Positions 11,777-24,997 of a DNA stretch of 64,000 nt are shown here, one piece after another (within the stretch, counting starts at the first letter, position 1; each line of letters begins with the position of its first letter). The stretch is taken from assembly GCF_001194135.2 (NCBI RefSeq), contig NC_069007.1, positions 483,811 through 547,810 on the forward strand, given 5' to 3'. The stretch is from Octopus bimaculoides. Lineage: Eukaryota. Under the pieces are notes generated by a model. It worked only from the letters and a program-made list of their open reading frames with translations, was not told the origin of the DNA and made no database searches. Made by a program: the position numbers and the translations under genes.

Positions 11777-12524
11777 TTAAAGAGCAAAAGTGTAACTAAA
11801 CCATTTCCAACGGTTCTGTTCTGCGACTGGTGAAACTTCCTTCATTATCTCTCGTTCAACAGTTCGTCTCTTTCTCTCTTAATCTTTCCCTCTCTTTCTC
11901 TACCTCTACGCAGCTTTCTTTACGTCTATCTTTTTTACTGTCTTTCTTTTTAGCTCTATCACACACACAGACACACAAACACACCCACACACTATTTCTC
12001 TTTCCATTTCTCTGTACTTCTCTCTCTCTCTCTTTTCCACACGTTCCTACTCTGCTGGCAAATGACCGAATTCTTTCCTCTGCAATCCACCAAATATTCC
12101 AATTTATGCAGAAGGAAACAGACAGCTGTTAATGCCTGCAGTTATTGATATAAATTTTAGAATTAATTTTAATTTTCTAATTGATTCAAAGAACTTCAGA
12201 AAGATCAGCAAAGGCAGAAGGGGGGGGGTGTTAGAGGTTAGGAGAAAAAACAACAACACGATAAAGAAAACAACAACAATACCAGAAAAAGACCATAAAA
12301 ACAAAATATTCAACATGAAATGAGCAAAACAAATTAAAAACAATGATAAAAAAACAACTTAAAAAAAGAAAAAAAAACAAAACATGAAATATTAAAAAAA
12401 TAATAGAAATAATGTGAAAAATAAAATAAAAAAATGAACGTCTATGTTTTGGGAGATGTTTAGAGGGGAGTAATTTTTATAGCAACCGAATATCAGTTGA
12501 TTTTTGCAGTTTGTTAGTGTAGCT

Positions 12525-12561
<37 letters not shown>

Positions 12562-13008
12562 GACACATGTATACCGATACACACAAACTTGTATACACTT
12601 GCAAAGCATATATACATGCAGACACATATACACACAAACAAACATGGACATACAACGCGCATACATAAACGCATACATACATATGCACGAGTGCGCACGC
12701 AAGCCTAGCCACAAACATACTTACATATCTATAACCACAAACACACACTGATACAAAGGTATACACATATATACACAAACATAATATACATACACACATA
12801 CACCTGTACACATACGCACTCGTACAATGCACAGCGACAGACATACACACACACAGAGACACGTGCAACAAACGCACATGCGAATTTATATATATACTCA
12901 TGCATGCACACGCATCTGCATAGAGGAGTGCACGCACATGCACATATGCAGGCAGTACACACACCCACGGGAACACAATGCTACAAACACACGCAACCCT
13001 ACACCTAA

Positions 13009-13039
<31 letters not shown>

Positions 13040-13114
13040 CAGATGTCCTTTTAGCTAAACGGATCATTGAAGAGTAACCGGAGGCGGGGGGGGGCGGAAG
13101 TCCTTCACACACTA

Positions 13115-13460
13115 GAAGACCAACAACAACAACACCACCACCACCACCACCACCACCAACATATTCAGCGCCACTTGCTGCCGCTATTTCTATCACCATC
13201 ATCACTATAATCAAATAGTACCAGAATGATGATGATAATGATCAGGAATATGATAATGATGATGTTAATGACGATGACGTTCATGATGACGACACCTATC
13301 ATTATGATGATGAAGATGATGAAGATGATGATGACGAGGAGGGGGACAATGACGACGCTCATTAGAACGAAGAGCATACTGTTGTTGTTTATTACAGCAG
13401 TTGCGGTTGTTATTGTTACACTACCACCATCCAACCACGACCAGCCAACACTGTCAACAT
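13115..13460. repeat. Low-complexity trinucleotide mosaic (CAA/CAC/GAT)
   Basis: Direct reading; accounts for ORFs 13005..13214, 13165..13494 and 13226..13510. Confidence 0.9.
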
Positions 13461-13934
13461 CAATGTCTGTAGTTGTTAACCATTCACAAACCAAACGTTA
13501 TTCAACGTAACCTTCCTTATTTTAGACGATGTGGTTTCATGGAAGAGTTATTTCGTGGATATTTCTTGCAAATAAAGAGACTTCGTGAACGCGCCTATGG
13601 TAATTAGTAGCCTAGAAGACTGTTGTAGAGAAATCGTTGTTACGTTGTTCAAAGAAGTTCACCAACGTAACTGAAATTCGTGTCTTAAATTGGTTCTAAC
13701 CCATTTTTCCTGGGAACCTTTAGAAGTGGTCTTTCAATACATGGATGTCCTTGTACATGTAAATTCAGAATGAAAGAATACTTGATACATTTCAACTGTG
13801 ACAAACTCAACACTTTCGCTATTGTTTGCTAAAGAGCCGGTTCCTCAAAATATTGAATCACTCCTTTTCTTCGATGTAAAGAAAATTAAATTACCGTAAT
13901 TCCCGTTAGTTTATCTGTACTCACAGAAACAAAA

Positions 13935-14105
13935 GACGAAGCCAAAGATAGACTGTGCAGCGTTTCAACTTATTAGAAACAACAGCCAAATCTCCCTCAA
14001 ATTACACTGTTGACTTTAAAAAAGGGAAATGGTATATTTTGGATAACGTGTGCATTGTTCTTCGTGGGTGGGATTGATGGAGTAGTCATGGCAAGAATTT
14101 CTTTG
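13935..14105. mobile_element. Interspersed repeat family E fragment
   Basis: TAGAAACAACAGCCAAATCTCCCTCAAAT is the reverse complement of the core at 31535-31592 (GAGGTAGATTTGGCAACTATTTTTAGC). Further fragments at ~19885-19960 and ~26645-26700. Confidence 0.65.
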
Positions 14106-14539
14106 AAGTTTGCTTATTTCCCCTCTAAATGAAAAGAGGAGATGATCTCAAAATTAAATATTATTTAAAATCGATATTTCATTAATTTTGTAAGCATGGA
14201 GAGATCAATGGACAAATGTTAATAACTAAATAGGAACCATCAGGACACTTAGGTTTCCCTACTTTAACTTCAGCTGACGAGACATTCAATCATATGTAAA
14301 CGAGAATAAAAGCCATACATGGCCAAGTTCTTTTTTTTCTACATAAACGAAACGAAAATGTGGTAAGAAAATTCAGAGTGGGTGCTGGGATATATATAAA
14401 CAATAGAGACGAATAAGGATATTTTGAATACCATACAATAAAGAACATCATAGATGTCTGTGTAAGAGTGTAGTAGAATATATATAAATGTATGTGTGTA
14501 TATAAACATACATACCTCCCCCAAATACATACATATGGT

Positions 14540-15010
14540 CAACCTGACAAGAATCGAGTTGGAGCTTTTCAGGCATTTCAACGATGTGTAGAACCTAGTT
14601 CTAGCAACTCTTACAATGATGCTGGCACCAAATTGTAAGAACCATGCAATTCTTTAAGGTTCATTAGTGAAGTGGAGAAGTGGGTGTGGGGATACGCTGT
14701 TGGAGCAACAACCTATCCTCTGTATCATACAGCTCTGGCTGGGGTCCTTTTGAACAGTATACGAGAGAGACGGGACCAGACAAGACAGACAGCATCAGGA
14801 CAGCCTAAAATTGAGATTGTGTGACGGAGATTGCCCTTCGCACGTTGGACTGCTTAACTGCTGACGCCACTGTGTAATTAGGGCAAACAACCAGTACGGT
14901 CACCTTTAGTCTTTGATGACTGACAAAGGCCCAGTTGTTTTGGCTGTCGAAAGACACCACCTCGCTGGCTAGGGGAGCAGGTCAAAATCCCCCCACCCAC
15001 AGTCGAAAGA
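14540..15010. other. Unclassified GC-richer segment, probably retroelement-derived
   Basis: Abrupt compositional shift from the AT-rich flanks, microsatellite-free, no recognisable ORF. Confidence 0.3.
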
Positions 15011-15027
15011 CGATTTGATATAACGTG

Positions 15028-15132
15028 AAATGAAGTGTTTTAGTTTAGAATACGAGGCGCAGCCCGGTCTGGGATTCGAACCACCGACCTAGCAGCCGTG
15101 AGTACAACACTAACTACTAGGCTATGCGCCTT
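15028..15132 (-). mobile_element. SINE family B (CORE-type) tRNA head fragment
   Basis: GCAGCCCGGTCTGGGATTCGAACC...ATGCGCCTTCA matches 24350-24433. Confidence 0.8.
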
Positions 15133-15710
15133 CATACACACACACACACACACACGTGCGTGTGTGTGTGTGTGTGCATATATCAATGTCATATATTACA
15201 TTTTACCTATCTTACTATACACTCCTCAAGTCTCTGTGTCACCCTCTCTGTATTTATCAATGTCAGCCCTGTCTTCTCCAAGATCTCCAATCAACCAAAC
15301 AAGCAACGAAATCCACCTCCAAATTACAGTTTTACCAGTTCGTAAAAAGTAGTCATCAACATAGAGAAAAAAATGACTAGAAATTATATTACAAAGAAAG
15401 CAAAATAGCAAAGAAATATGTATAAAAGAGATACAAACACAAACACACACTTATGTAATGAGTAAACGAATGCAAAATACTTCGATAATATCCTTTATTG
15501 GTTGTATGCAACCAATATTTAGTGGGGGTATATATTAGATATAGCAGGATTGCAGAGATACTAATATTAGCGATGTCGCTGTTGGCTGGCGAATATTTTT
15601 GATCAATATTGAAGTAGATTCATTATATTTTATTAGGATGTTACTTTCGTAAAGAAGACACCACTTAAAGCTCCGGAAAGCATCATATTTTTAGGATATA
15701 TATATATATG

Positions 15711-15890
<180 letters not shown>

Positions 15891-18800
15891 TATATATATA
15901 CATACATATATATATGATTATACATATATATATATAGATATATTTATATACACACACATAGATGCATATATATATATATGCATACATATATACGTATACA
16001 CATTATATGAGTCAGATAATGTCAAGAGCTTGTATATTATGTAATGCGGTAGGTATATTACTTATACAATATTATAGATTTAGTCTTATAACAGCCGATT
16101 CAAGTTATGGGACGGTTTCATGTTGAACAACATTCCAAGTTGGGTAAAATTGACACCCATGTAGTTTGTTTAAAAGGAAGTGAATATTTTGAGCTATTTA
16201 TTACTCAAGTCTTAAGTCCCTGAAAATGAGTTTATAAGTGTAACACATTTAATAAAATGCGGAATGAAATTATGGATGAAATGCCAAAAATACAATGAAA
16301 AGCACCAATATATGCATATAGATATGAAAATACAGATTGATAAATATGTTTTACACGCGTGTGTGTGTGTGTATCTGTGCAAAGCCTTCTAAACTGAAGT
16401 ATTCGCCTAGAGGAATCTTTTCTTATTGACTTAAAGATTTAATACGAAAAAAATTATCAGCAGAAGATGAAAATTGCGTTGCAGCGGCGGAATGCATTTA
16501 TGAATCCTGATAATCATTAGCAAAGGTCAAGATTCAGTGACCAAGAGTTCGAGTATGAGGACATTCGTTTAGCTAACAAATATGGCTTAGAGATAACAGG
16601 TGATTGAAATGTCAGGGAAACATCATGTAGACTTCAGGCTGAAGAAACAATCGTTGTTAACGACGGAAGACGTTTACAAATTCGCAATTTGTAAATCGCA
16701 CGTAATTCATATACACTCAATGATATACTTGTTGCTAATTTGAACTCTCAGCCTGCAAGAAAAGTGCAACATTAATGACTTATCAATCACTGTTTAACTA
16801 CATCAACTAGCGACCGATTTTCTCTCAGAATGATGTGTCAGTTGTTACCTTCTTCCAATGAAACGCAAAGAAGCAGAAACCCGATTTCAGACACACGACC
16901 AGCGCTGCGAAATGATTTTCATATGCTGCTTACATATTTTTTTTTGTATTTGAAATAGAAGCATGTGTAAAAAATGCTTTCTCGAGACGAATACCACCGT
17001 TTAGAAGACTTTCCACAGTCTATGGGCTTTGAGTATGATATATCGATTATTAATTAGAACTAATATTATTTCTGTCGCTAATAATGAATATATGTATGTA
17101 TATATGTATCAGTTATATGCATCAATACACAGACACACACATAATAATAATAATAACAATAGTAATAATAATAACCATCTACGGATGGAAGTTCCGTACG
17201 TATTTGTATATTAGCCATTCGTTTAGTACTTTCTACCTACTAGTAACTAACTAAACTCCATTTAACCTCCATGATATTATGCTAGATTGAGCTACTAACT
17301 CATAAGCCCTTTACAAAACCTACTAAAATCATCCCTCATCATAGAATTTTGTCATTAACACATGTTTTTTAGAACTTCATAAATTACGTGTCGCAGTAAC
17401 TCCTCTCTCTTCCTAAATGAACAATTTTGCTAGTCGAGATTCACATTACGTAAAAGATTAGCACGCTACTAAATTCATGGATAACATTGCTACACCTCTA
17501 ACCCGCTGCTACTCAGAAATCACAGTCATAAAAATACGCTAGTGCTATCACTTCATATTAAGTTTAATATCGGGAAAGCTTCCTAATATTAATAGAAAAA
17601 CACTTCCCACTCGACCATAATTATGAAAAACCTTTAATGTGTATAATCTTAAAATAAGCAACAGTTATACCAGAAACAGAAATAATATAATATCCAATAA
17701 ATATGAAGCTATATACTAATGGAGACAGCTCCATCCATGCACACCACATCTGTATTTGTATTACGTATATAAAACAGCTTCGACGTGACACGTAGATGCT
17801 ATATAGAAGCAGCGAAGAAAAATTCAAATAGAAAAACTTCTAAAAGGCCGACCTTTTTTGAAATAGAGGAATTAATTTACAATGGTCGGCAATGAAAAAT
17901 GCTTTCATTGCACACAGAAAACACCTGCAAAATCATGATTGCTATTTCACCACAAGGCCTGGGACATTGAGGAATTGCAAACGCTTTGTGAAGGATTAAT
18001 TTAATTAGGACATAGAGCATGTAATCCAACACCTATCTCCAAGAACATGCAAACTCATGTATACGCGAGGATATATGTATGTGCTATGTTTCACTTGTAT
18101 TTTTTATATATTATCTCTTCTTGCTGTATATTTTAAAAAATTATCTCCCCTTTATTTCACACGTTATGTATTTATTTCTCATAAAACCTCCATCTTTGCA
18201 TTTTCACTTCTGCATATTTCTACCATGTCGGTGTTCTGCTCCCTAAAGGAAGTAGAAACGGTTAGAACCGATATAACTCTTTTGTGATGGTCTGAAATAA
18301 AGTATATATATATATATATATATTAATATATATATATAAATATATATATGAGTATAAATGTGAATATGAATATATATATATATATATATATATGAATGTG
18401 TATAAATATATGAATAAATATATACACACATTCATACATACATACCTACATACATACACACACATATAGCTTCCACGTGCGTATGTGTGCGCGCGCAATA
18501 TAATGTCATGGAAGTGGCTTAAAATTTATATTTAAATATTCTGCTACCTTATTATCTGATTGGCCAATCTGTAGCCTAAAGATATAGATCTAACATGGAA
18601 ATCTAGACTAATTATTTTCCTCTTTCATTGTTTTGTTTGTTTGATGCAGGTTACTTTTTTTTTCCGTTCGATTTCATATCTGATCAGCTATAAGCAGAAA
18701 CAATAAATAAATAAATGAATACTGCCATAAATATAGTCATTAAGAAATATATTAAAACACACAGATGCAGAAATATAGAAAACACTGAAATCGCAATATA

Positions 18801-19360
18801 ACTAATAAGAAAACAAAGGAATAAATTGAGTAAACAGAAAAGAAATTACAAGACAATGGAGTAAGTGTGAATTGTACTTTCATGTGATTAACAATTAAGT
18901 AAAAATGGAACACCGCTAAGATTTGCTGTCTTGGTTACCACAAATCCCACATTGCTAAATGCCATACAAAATAATGATTACCTGCCTGTGTTTCCAAGAG
19001 AATAAAAAAAAAGAGACGTGATGTGGTGTTTTGTAGTCAAGGTGTGCGACTATGGTAATTCATTATTAGCTGTTGTTGGTCAGGAATTATGCAAAGAAAA
19101 GGTTTAACCAGGAAAATGTAACATTTGTCACTATTGTTAGAAAATGTTATCGTGTGGTCAGATGTGCTGACGGCAAATAACGTTTTATCGATATAGTTCC
19201 AAATACAGAAAAAATACGATTATATCAAATACTGTTGGTTGCTATGGTAAACAACAATCTCATGTCTTGTAGATATATACTTAACATTAGCGGTTAAGGT
19301 TACCAAATATTGGTTTCAAATGTTGGCACAAGGCCAGAAAATTCTATGTGAGGGTATAAA

Positions 19361-19502
19361 TTTATTTCGTCGACCCTAATATCGAACTGGTAACTAGTTT
19401 ATCGATCCCGAAGGATGAAAGGCAAAGTCGACCTCGGCGGAATTTGAACTCAGAATGTAAAGACGGACGAAATGCTGCCAACCATTTTACCACCTCGATG
19501 CC
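19361..19502 (-). mobile_element. SINE family A
   Basis: GAAGGATGAAAGGCAAAGTCGACCTCGGCGGAATTTGAACTCAGAATG. Confidence 0.85.
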
Positions 19503-19809
19503 TTCTGGGTTACCAAATATTATGTTATTTTGATAAACATGTAACATTGGTTGTTAAGGTTACCTAGTGTTGTGGTATATTGTTAAGCACGTAACCTTGG
19601 TTGCTACGTTTACATGGGTGGGGAGGGGCCATGTGATATAATGAGACCCCGCAACCTTTGGTTCGTTGTTCCTCATGGTTTCATAATCATTTATAATTGG
19701 TAGCTGTCATGTTTTGGTCACCAAAAATATTTTGGTGTCATGTGATAAAGCGAACAACAAATAATGTTGCCTTTGTTAAACATTTACATTTAGTTGGACG
19801 TATTTATTC

Positions 19810-19870
19810 AGGCTCGTTACGTTCTGAGTTCAAATCCCGCTGAAGTCAACTATTCTGGTCATCGTTTCGG
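19810..19870 (+). mobile_element. SINE family A head fragment
   Basis: TTACGTTCTGAGTTCAAATCCCGCTGAAGTCAACT. Confidence 0.7.
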
Positions 19871-20228
19871 AAAGGACCATTCAAGTAATGCTATCAACAG
19901 TATCGGAACTTGGCTGCTATTTCTATAGAGTTTAACTTCTATGTAGACCTCTTCCCCATCGGCTCATATATACTAACATATATACATAAACAACGCTGAA
20001 ATGTCATTTCTGTCTATGTTGGCGTTACTTCCAACAGGGCTACTTGCACTCTACAGGTTTTCATCGTTGACTCATACGTATGCATCAACAGTAGAGCGTA
20101 ATATGGCTGCCATTTCGAGCGGGTCTCGTAACCATATTGAAGACCCTTCGGGGCCTCATGGGCCTCAGTCACTAATTACAAAATACGCTATCATTAGCAA
20201 TATAATAATTAAAATCATATGAAAATCT

Positions 20229-20560
20229 AGGCGTGGCTGTGTGTTTAGAAGTCTCCTTCCCAACCACATGGTTTCAGGTTCACATCACTGCGTGGCCTCG
20301 AGCCGTCCAAAAGCCTTGTGAGTGGATTTGGCAGACGGAGACTGTGTAGGCGCCCATACATGTATGCGTGTATGTGTCTATGTTTGTCCCCCACGTCTTG
20401 ACAACTGGGGTTGGTGTGTTTATGCCCCCGGCTTAGCGATTCGGCATAGTAGGACGATAAAGTAACTCCCAGACTTTAAAATAGTACGAGGATATAGTGA
20501 TTCACCGTGGTGTCGCAGCATGGTCACAATTTAGTGACTGAAACCAGTAAAAAGTGAAAA
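20229..20560 (+). mobile_element. tRNA-derived SINE family D
   Basis: AGGCGTGGCTGTGTG...TTCCCAACCACATGGTTTCAGGTTC...GCCTTGTGAGTGGATTTGG.AGACGG...internal GT-rich block...TGACTGAAAC. Confidence 0.85.
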
Positions 20561-21053
20561 TGAATGACTGCAATCAAAAGAGAGCCCTGTGTCTACGGTA
20601 AATTGAAAATTATTTTCATGGTAAGATTTGTACATTCGAGCAATTTTTGAGTCTGTACTGGCAGCTCTTTTCGATTAGTTTAGCCTTGCATTAGCGAGGC
20701 GCGCATTCTTGACTATAACGTAAATAAATATCAGAACCATTGAAAATATTTGCGTTAGTATTCGAGAAAGCTTCCTTTCGCACGTTTCAGCGGATTTGCT
20801 TATAAATGTTCAACAATCAGATACCAGTAAATATAAGTAGAATGCCTCTCCCGGGCAGATCATCATGAATGAAAATTAAATCCAATTATCCTTTCTCAGA
20901 ATTTCGAGAACTTCAGAGTATTTATCAACAAAACATACGTACAGGGATTATTATATCTTTGTTATAGATCTCACGTTTAAGCACACACACACAAACACAC
21001 ACACACACTCGAGTACTATTTCGTTCCATATTGTTTTACATTTATGTGCTTAC

Positions 21054-21196
21054 TTGTGTGCGCACACGTGGGTGGGAAAAATCCTGGATGGACTTGTACC
21101 ACTGCTTGGCGTAGAAAAGAGAAGATTTCAAGTAATGAAACTGTTGCAAAACTAACGGCGCGCCCCAGCATGGACGCAGCTGTTGAGCTGAGACTA
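21054..21196 (-). other. Candidate exon from an antisense SINE tail (unverified)
   Basis: Minus strand TTCTTTATTCTTTTAG|TAG (NAGNAG acceptor) ... CACAA|GTAAGC donor; 143 or 140 nt. Confidence 0.2.
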
Positions 21197-21639
21197 CTAA
21201 AAGAATAAAGAATACGTGCACACACACACACACACACACAACTATATACTTACGTATATATATATGATCAACTTCTAATTGTTCCATTTTTTTTTATCTG
21301 AATATATTTAACCACGGTTTACCATTTTAGTTACCAACAACTGTTAACCTTACAGAAAGGCCTATACACAGCTAGGTAATGCACCAGTAGTGTCTACGGA
21401 TGCATTCATCCCTTAGACGGTTTCATAAATTCTAGCTTATAATTTATATATATATATCCATGCTTAAAGTATATACACAGTTGGCAGGCAAGATATTGCA
21501 CTTTTTGTCCAAGGTTAAATCACTTATAGATGTGTTACACTGGAAATATGATGTGACAGGGTGGAAACTGCACAGTTTCCGTCTTCCAAATTCCTTTTCT
21601 AAATTCTTGCTCCATACTTTTCTAATCTACAATAAAAAT

Positions 21640-21732
21640 TGCAGTCTGAACGTGCCGCACAGTGGAATCGAACACGAGACCACGTTGTTTGAAAGGAAAT
21701 GTATTCTTAACCACACATCTATACTTGCGACT
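21640..21732 (-). mobile_element. SINE family D head remnant
   Basis: GCCGCACAGTGGAATCGAACACGAGACCACGTTG...CTTAACCACAC resembles the reverse complement of the family D head. Confidence 0.5.
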
Positions 21733-22249
21733 GCTGTGTCTTTAACTGTTGTGTATTTAATCTCGGCTGTCTCTCTATCAATGAAGATTTTTCTGTGTTT
21801 GTACTTGCCACGCTACAATACTGCAAATGACAATATCAAAGCTTAACATTCGATTCTATTTTGTTCCGTTCCATCTGCGGCATGCTGGTTTTACATAAAT
21901 GGTATTTGCATGCTTATTGTATTCCATTTTAATTCAATCCGTTCCTGTCAAGTAGACAGACCTCATGTGGTAAACTAAAAAGAAAACACCCTCCCCCAAA
22001 TACCGTGCTGAGTGCCAAATGTGGAGGTTTTTAATTTTGAAATGACAGATACCAAACAACATTAAGAAACAACGTATTCCATGTCAGCCGTCATCGATGT
22101 AAAATCTCTCTGTAATAATAACGTGACTTGTTCAATGGAGAAAACTGGAATTTCCTTTAATATATTTCTCTGTTCACGTAGAAAATTGCAGAAAAAGCTG
22201 AGCGCTCCATGATTTAAATATTGAAAGACAAGACAACATTTTCACTTAC

Positions 22250-22292
22250 GAAAAACAGCTTGGAGGTTGTTCTTGAAATGGTGAGACAATGG
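22250..22292 (-). other. Candidate 43-nt exon (unverified)
   Basis: Minus strand TTTCCCTCTAGCTCTCACACTCCTTTTATCAG|CCATTG...TTTTTC|GTAAGTG gives a strong acceptor and donor. All three frames are open; no recognised protein. Confidence 0.25.
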
Positions 22293-22352
22293 CTGATAAA
22301 AGGAGTGTGAGAGCTAGAGGGAAAGAGAGGGACCGTACATGAATGACAGGGG

Positions 22353-22356
<4 letters not shown>

Positions 22357-22400
<44 letters not shown>
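22357..22400. repeat. (GA)n microsatellite
   Basis: Direct reading. Confidence 0.95.
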
Positions 22401-22404
<4 letters not shown>

Positions 22405-23268
22405 GTGAGTGAGAGAGAAATGTAGAAAGAGAGACTGAGAGGGAGAACGATAATATTAAAGTCATGAAGATTTGTGTTACATATGAATTTGAAAAATATC
22501 ATAATATACGTATATATACAAACACATGCATGCAAATACCGACACACATATCTACATATAGAAATATATATATACAAAGATACATACACACACATATATA
22601 TATATTCGCACTCATGCATACACACACATATATATTTCTTTTCTTTCATACACACAGCCGCAGTCGTATACAAAAAGAGATAAGAGAGAAAAAAAAAAAG
22701 CCAAAAGCTGTTTGAAATTTTCATTAAAAATGTGCGTACGAAAATATTTCATTTGATTCTAATATTTGAAATTGTGTGCAAAGGATTCTAAATCTAATAT
22801 GGTTGGCTGCGACAGAATTCTGGAGAGTATTTCAATAAAAGCTAAGTGATTCAAAAATATTCCTCAGGTTACATTCTTGTATATAACATACGCAAATCAC
22901 ATAAACAGAGAAAGATAAAAACTAAAAACACATTTACACAAAAATATCACAGTCCCACACACACTCGGATATATCTATGTGAAGCAGAGAAGCACGCATA
23001 GGCCAGGCGTAGCCACAATCACGGAAATACGGTTACATACAGAAAGTATTGAATATTGTTAGAATAAAGCAGAGCGGTATTGTTCGCTTTAAAAATATAT
23101 TCTATACCCGGGAGCAATAATATATTCAATTATGTAAATTTATATCATAGTTAAGATTTATAAGGCAAATTAGCGGTTCATCAACAATGCATGCTTCTGC
23201 GAATTTTTTTTTTGGCGAATGAATTGCAACAATCCTCATACATGCATATACATGCATATATATATACA

Positions 23269-23302
<34 letters not shown>

Positions 23303-23698
23303 GTCCTGTGCATAACTATGGATATGCATATATGGATAGTTGCGTATGTGTGTAAATTGTATGAAGTTGCACAGACACGTACACACACACACACACACAC
23401 ACAAACAAACGCATATATTTATTCAGTAATAATAAATATATTATACTCTTCTGTATTCTAATGAATACCGAATCACAAATAAATACCCGTATATACAAGT
23501 GTGTATATACATATATCCTAATGTAATACACTCTACGTTTTGTGACAGCGTTTGCGTGAGTGCTTTGAGAAATATATGTATATATATATATATATATCAG
23601 TATGTATATATCTATATCTATATGTATCTATATCTATATGTATCTATCTATCTCTATATGTATCTATATCTATATGTATCTATCTATCTATCTATCTA

Positions 23699-23763
<65 letters not shown>

Positions 23764-24094
23764 GTATGTATGTATACGCATGTATATTATTCGAGTGAGA
23801 CACAGAAAGAGAACAAAATAGAGAAATAGACAGAGAGAAAGATAGACAAGAAGTTCAATATACTTAATGCACTGTTACGTTAGGAAGGAATAATTCCTAG
23901 TTTTGTTAGTCTTCTTCGCACCTGATCTGATAACTCATTGATAAAAAGAAAAAGGTTCCACTAATGACCTCCCCTTCCTTTCCTTTTTCCCAGACCGTTG
24001 ATTCATTTACTTTCGAGGTGTTTCAAGTACACGGCTGCGAGGAATCACATTACAAGCGTTATATTGATATCTATCATTGTTGATCATATCGAAG

Positions 24095-24433
24095 CCAAGA
24101 CTCCCTTCGGCCACGAATGACCATGGGATTGCACCTAGAAAGTTAACCTCCGAGGCACAAGTCCGGGCAAGGTTGTTTATGGAAGACCAGCAGTCGCCCC
24201 TGCATACCAGCCACCCCTCTACACGCCACCAGTGTTATCCAAGGGTAGGGCAAAGGGGCCGATACAGCTTGACACCAGTGACATCGCAACTCATTTCTAC
24301 AGCTGAGTGAACTGGAGCAACGTGAAATAAAGTGTCTTGCTCAAGAGCACGACACGCAGCCCGGTCCGGGATTCGAGCTCATAATCTCACGATCGTAAGC
24401 TCGGCGCTCTAACCACTGAGACATGCGCCTTCA
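24095..24433 (-). mobile_element. tRNA-derived CORE-type SINE family B, full length
   Basis: Minus strand GAAGGCGCATGTCTCAGTGGTTAGAGC...GAGCTCGAATCCCGG head, then CTTGAGCAAGACACTT...CCAGTTCACTCAGCTGTAGAAATGAG, which aligns by eye to the CORE domain (CCTTGGGCAAGTCACTT...CAGTTTCCTCATCTGTAAAATGG). CORE-SINEs are known from octopus. Confidence 0.8.
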
Positions 24434-24639
24434 AACATATGAAATATATATATTCATATATACGTAACTATACCCATCCATTCATATATATATATATATA
24501 TATAAATTGTAAATGTAAAAATAAAAACAAAACACAAAGGATTCTGCGGTACACGTGTTTCAAGCTTTATAGTTGTTACATCATTGTATAATTGACAGTA
24601 TAAAGCTATCTTCAGCCGCAAATACACACATTATATTTT

Positions 24640-24735
24640 ATCTGTTTCAGTGACTGTAGTCTGGCCATGCTGGGGCACCGTTCTCAAGGATTTTGTCGAA
24701 CAAATCGATCCCCATAAGCTATTTTTAAGTCTCTT
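24640..24735 (-). mobile_element. SINE family D 3' tail
   Basis: GTTTCAGTGACTGTAGTCTGGCCATGCTGGGGCACCG is the reverse complement of the family D tail. Confidence 0.75.
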
Positions 24736-24766
24736 ACTTATTTCCATCGTATTGTTAAATTCCTGT

Positions 24767-24982
24767 TTAAGCTGGCAGAATGGTTAGCACGCCGGGCGAA
24801 ATGCTTAGCCTTATTTCGTCTGCCGCTACGTTCTGAGTTCAAATTCCGCCAGGTCGGTCGATTTTGCCCTTCTTCTTTTCGGAATCGATAAAATTCGTAC
24901 CAGTTCCCCACTAGGGTCGATGTAATCCACTTAAACTCTGTCCCCAAATTTGGGGCCTTGTGCTTCCAGTAGAAAAGATTAT
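24767..24982 (+). mobile_element. SINE family A
   Basis: AGCTGGCAGAATGGTTAGCACGCCGGGCGAAATGCTTAGC...GTTCTGAGTTCAAATTCCGCC. Confidence 0.9.
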
Positions 24983-24997
24983 TAAATCCCTGTTTGT

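Noticed and set aside
13526-13599. Plus-strand 74-nt exon candidate (TTTTAG|...ATG|GTAATT, open frame RCGFMEELFRGYFLQIKRLRERAY)
   Set aside because: Moderate splice sites, no recognisable homology and no partner exons.
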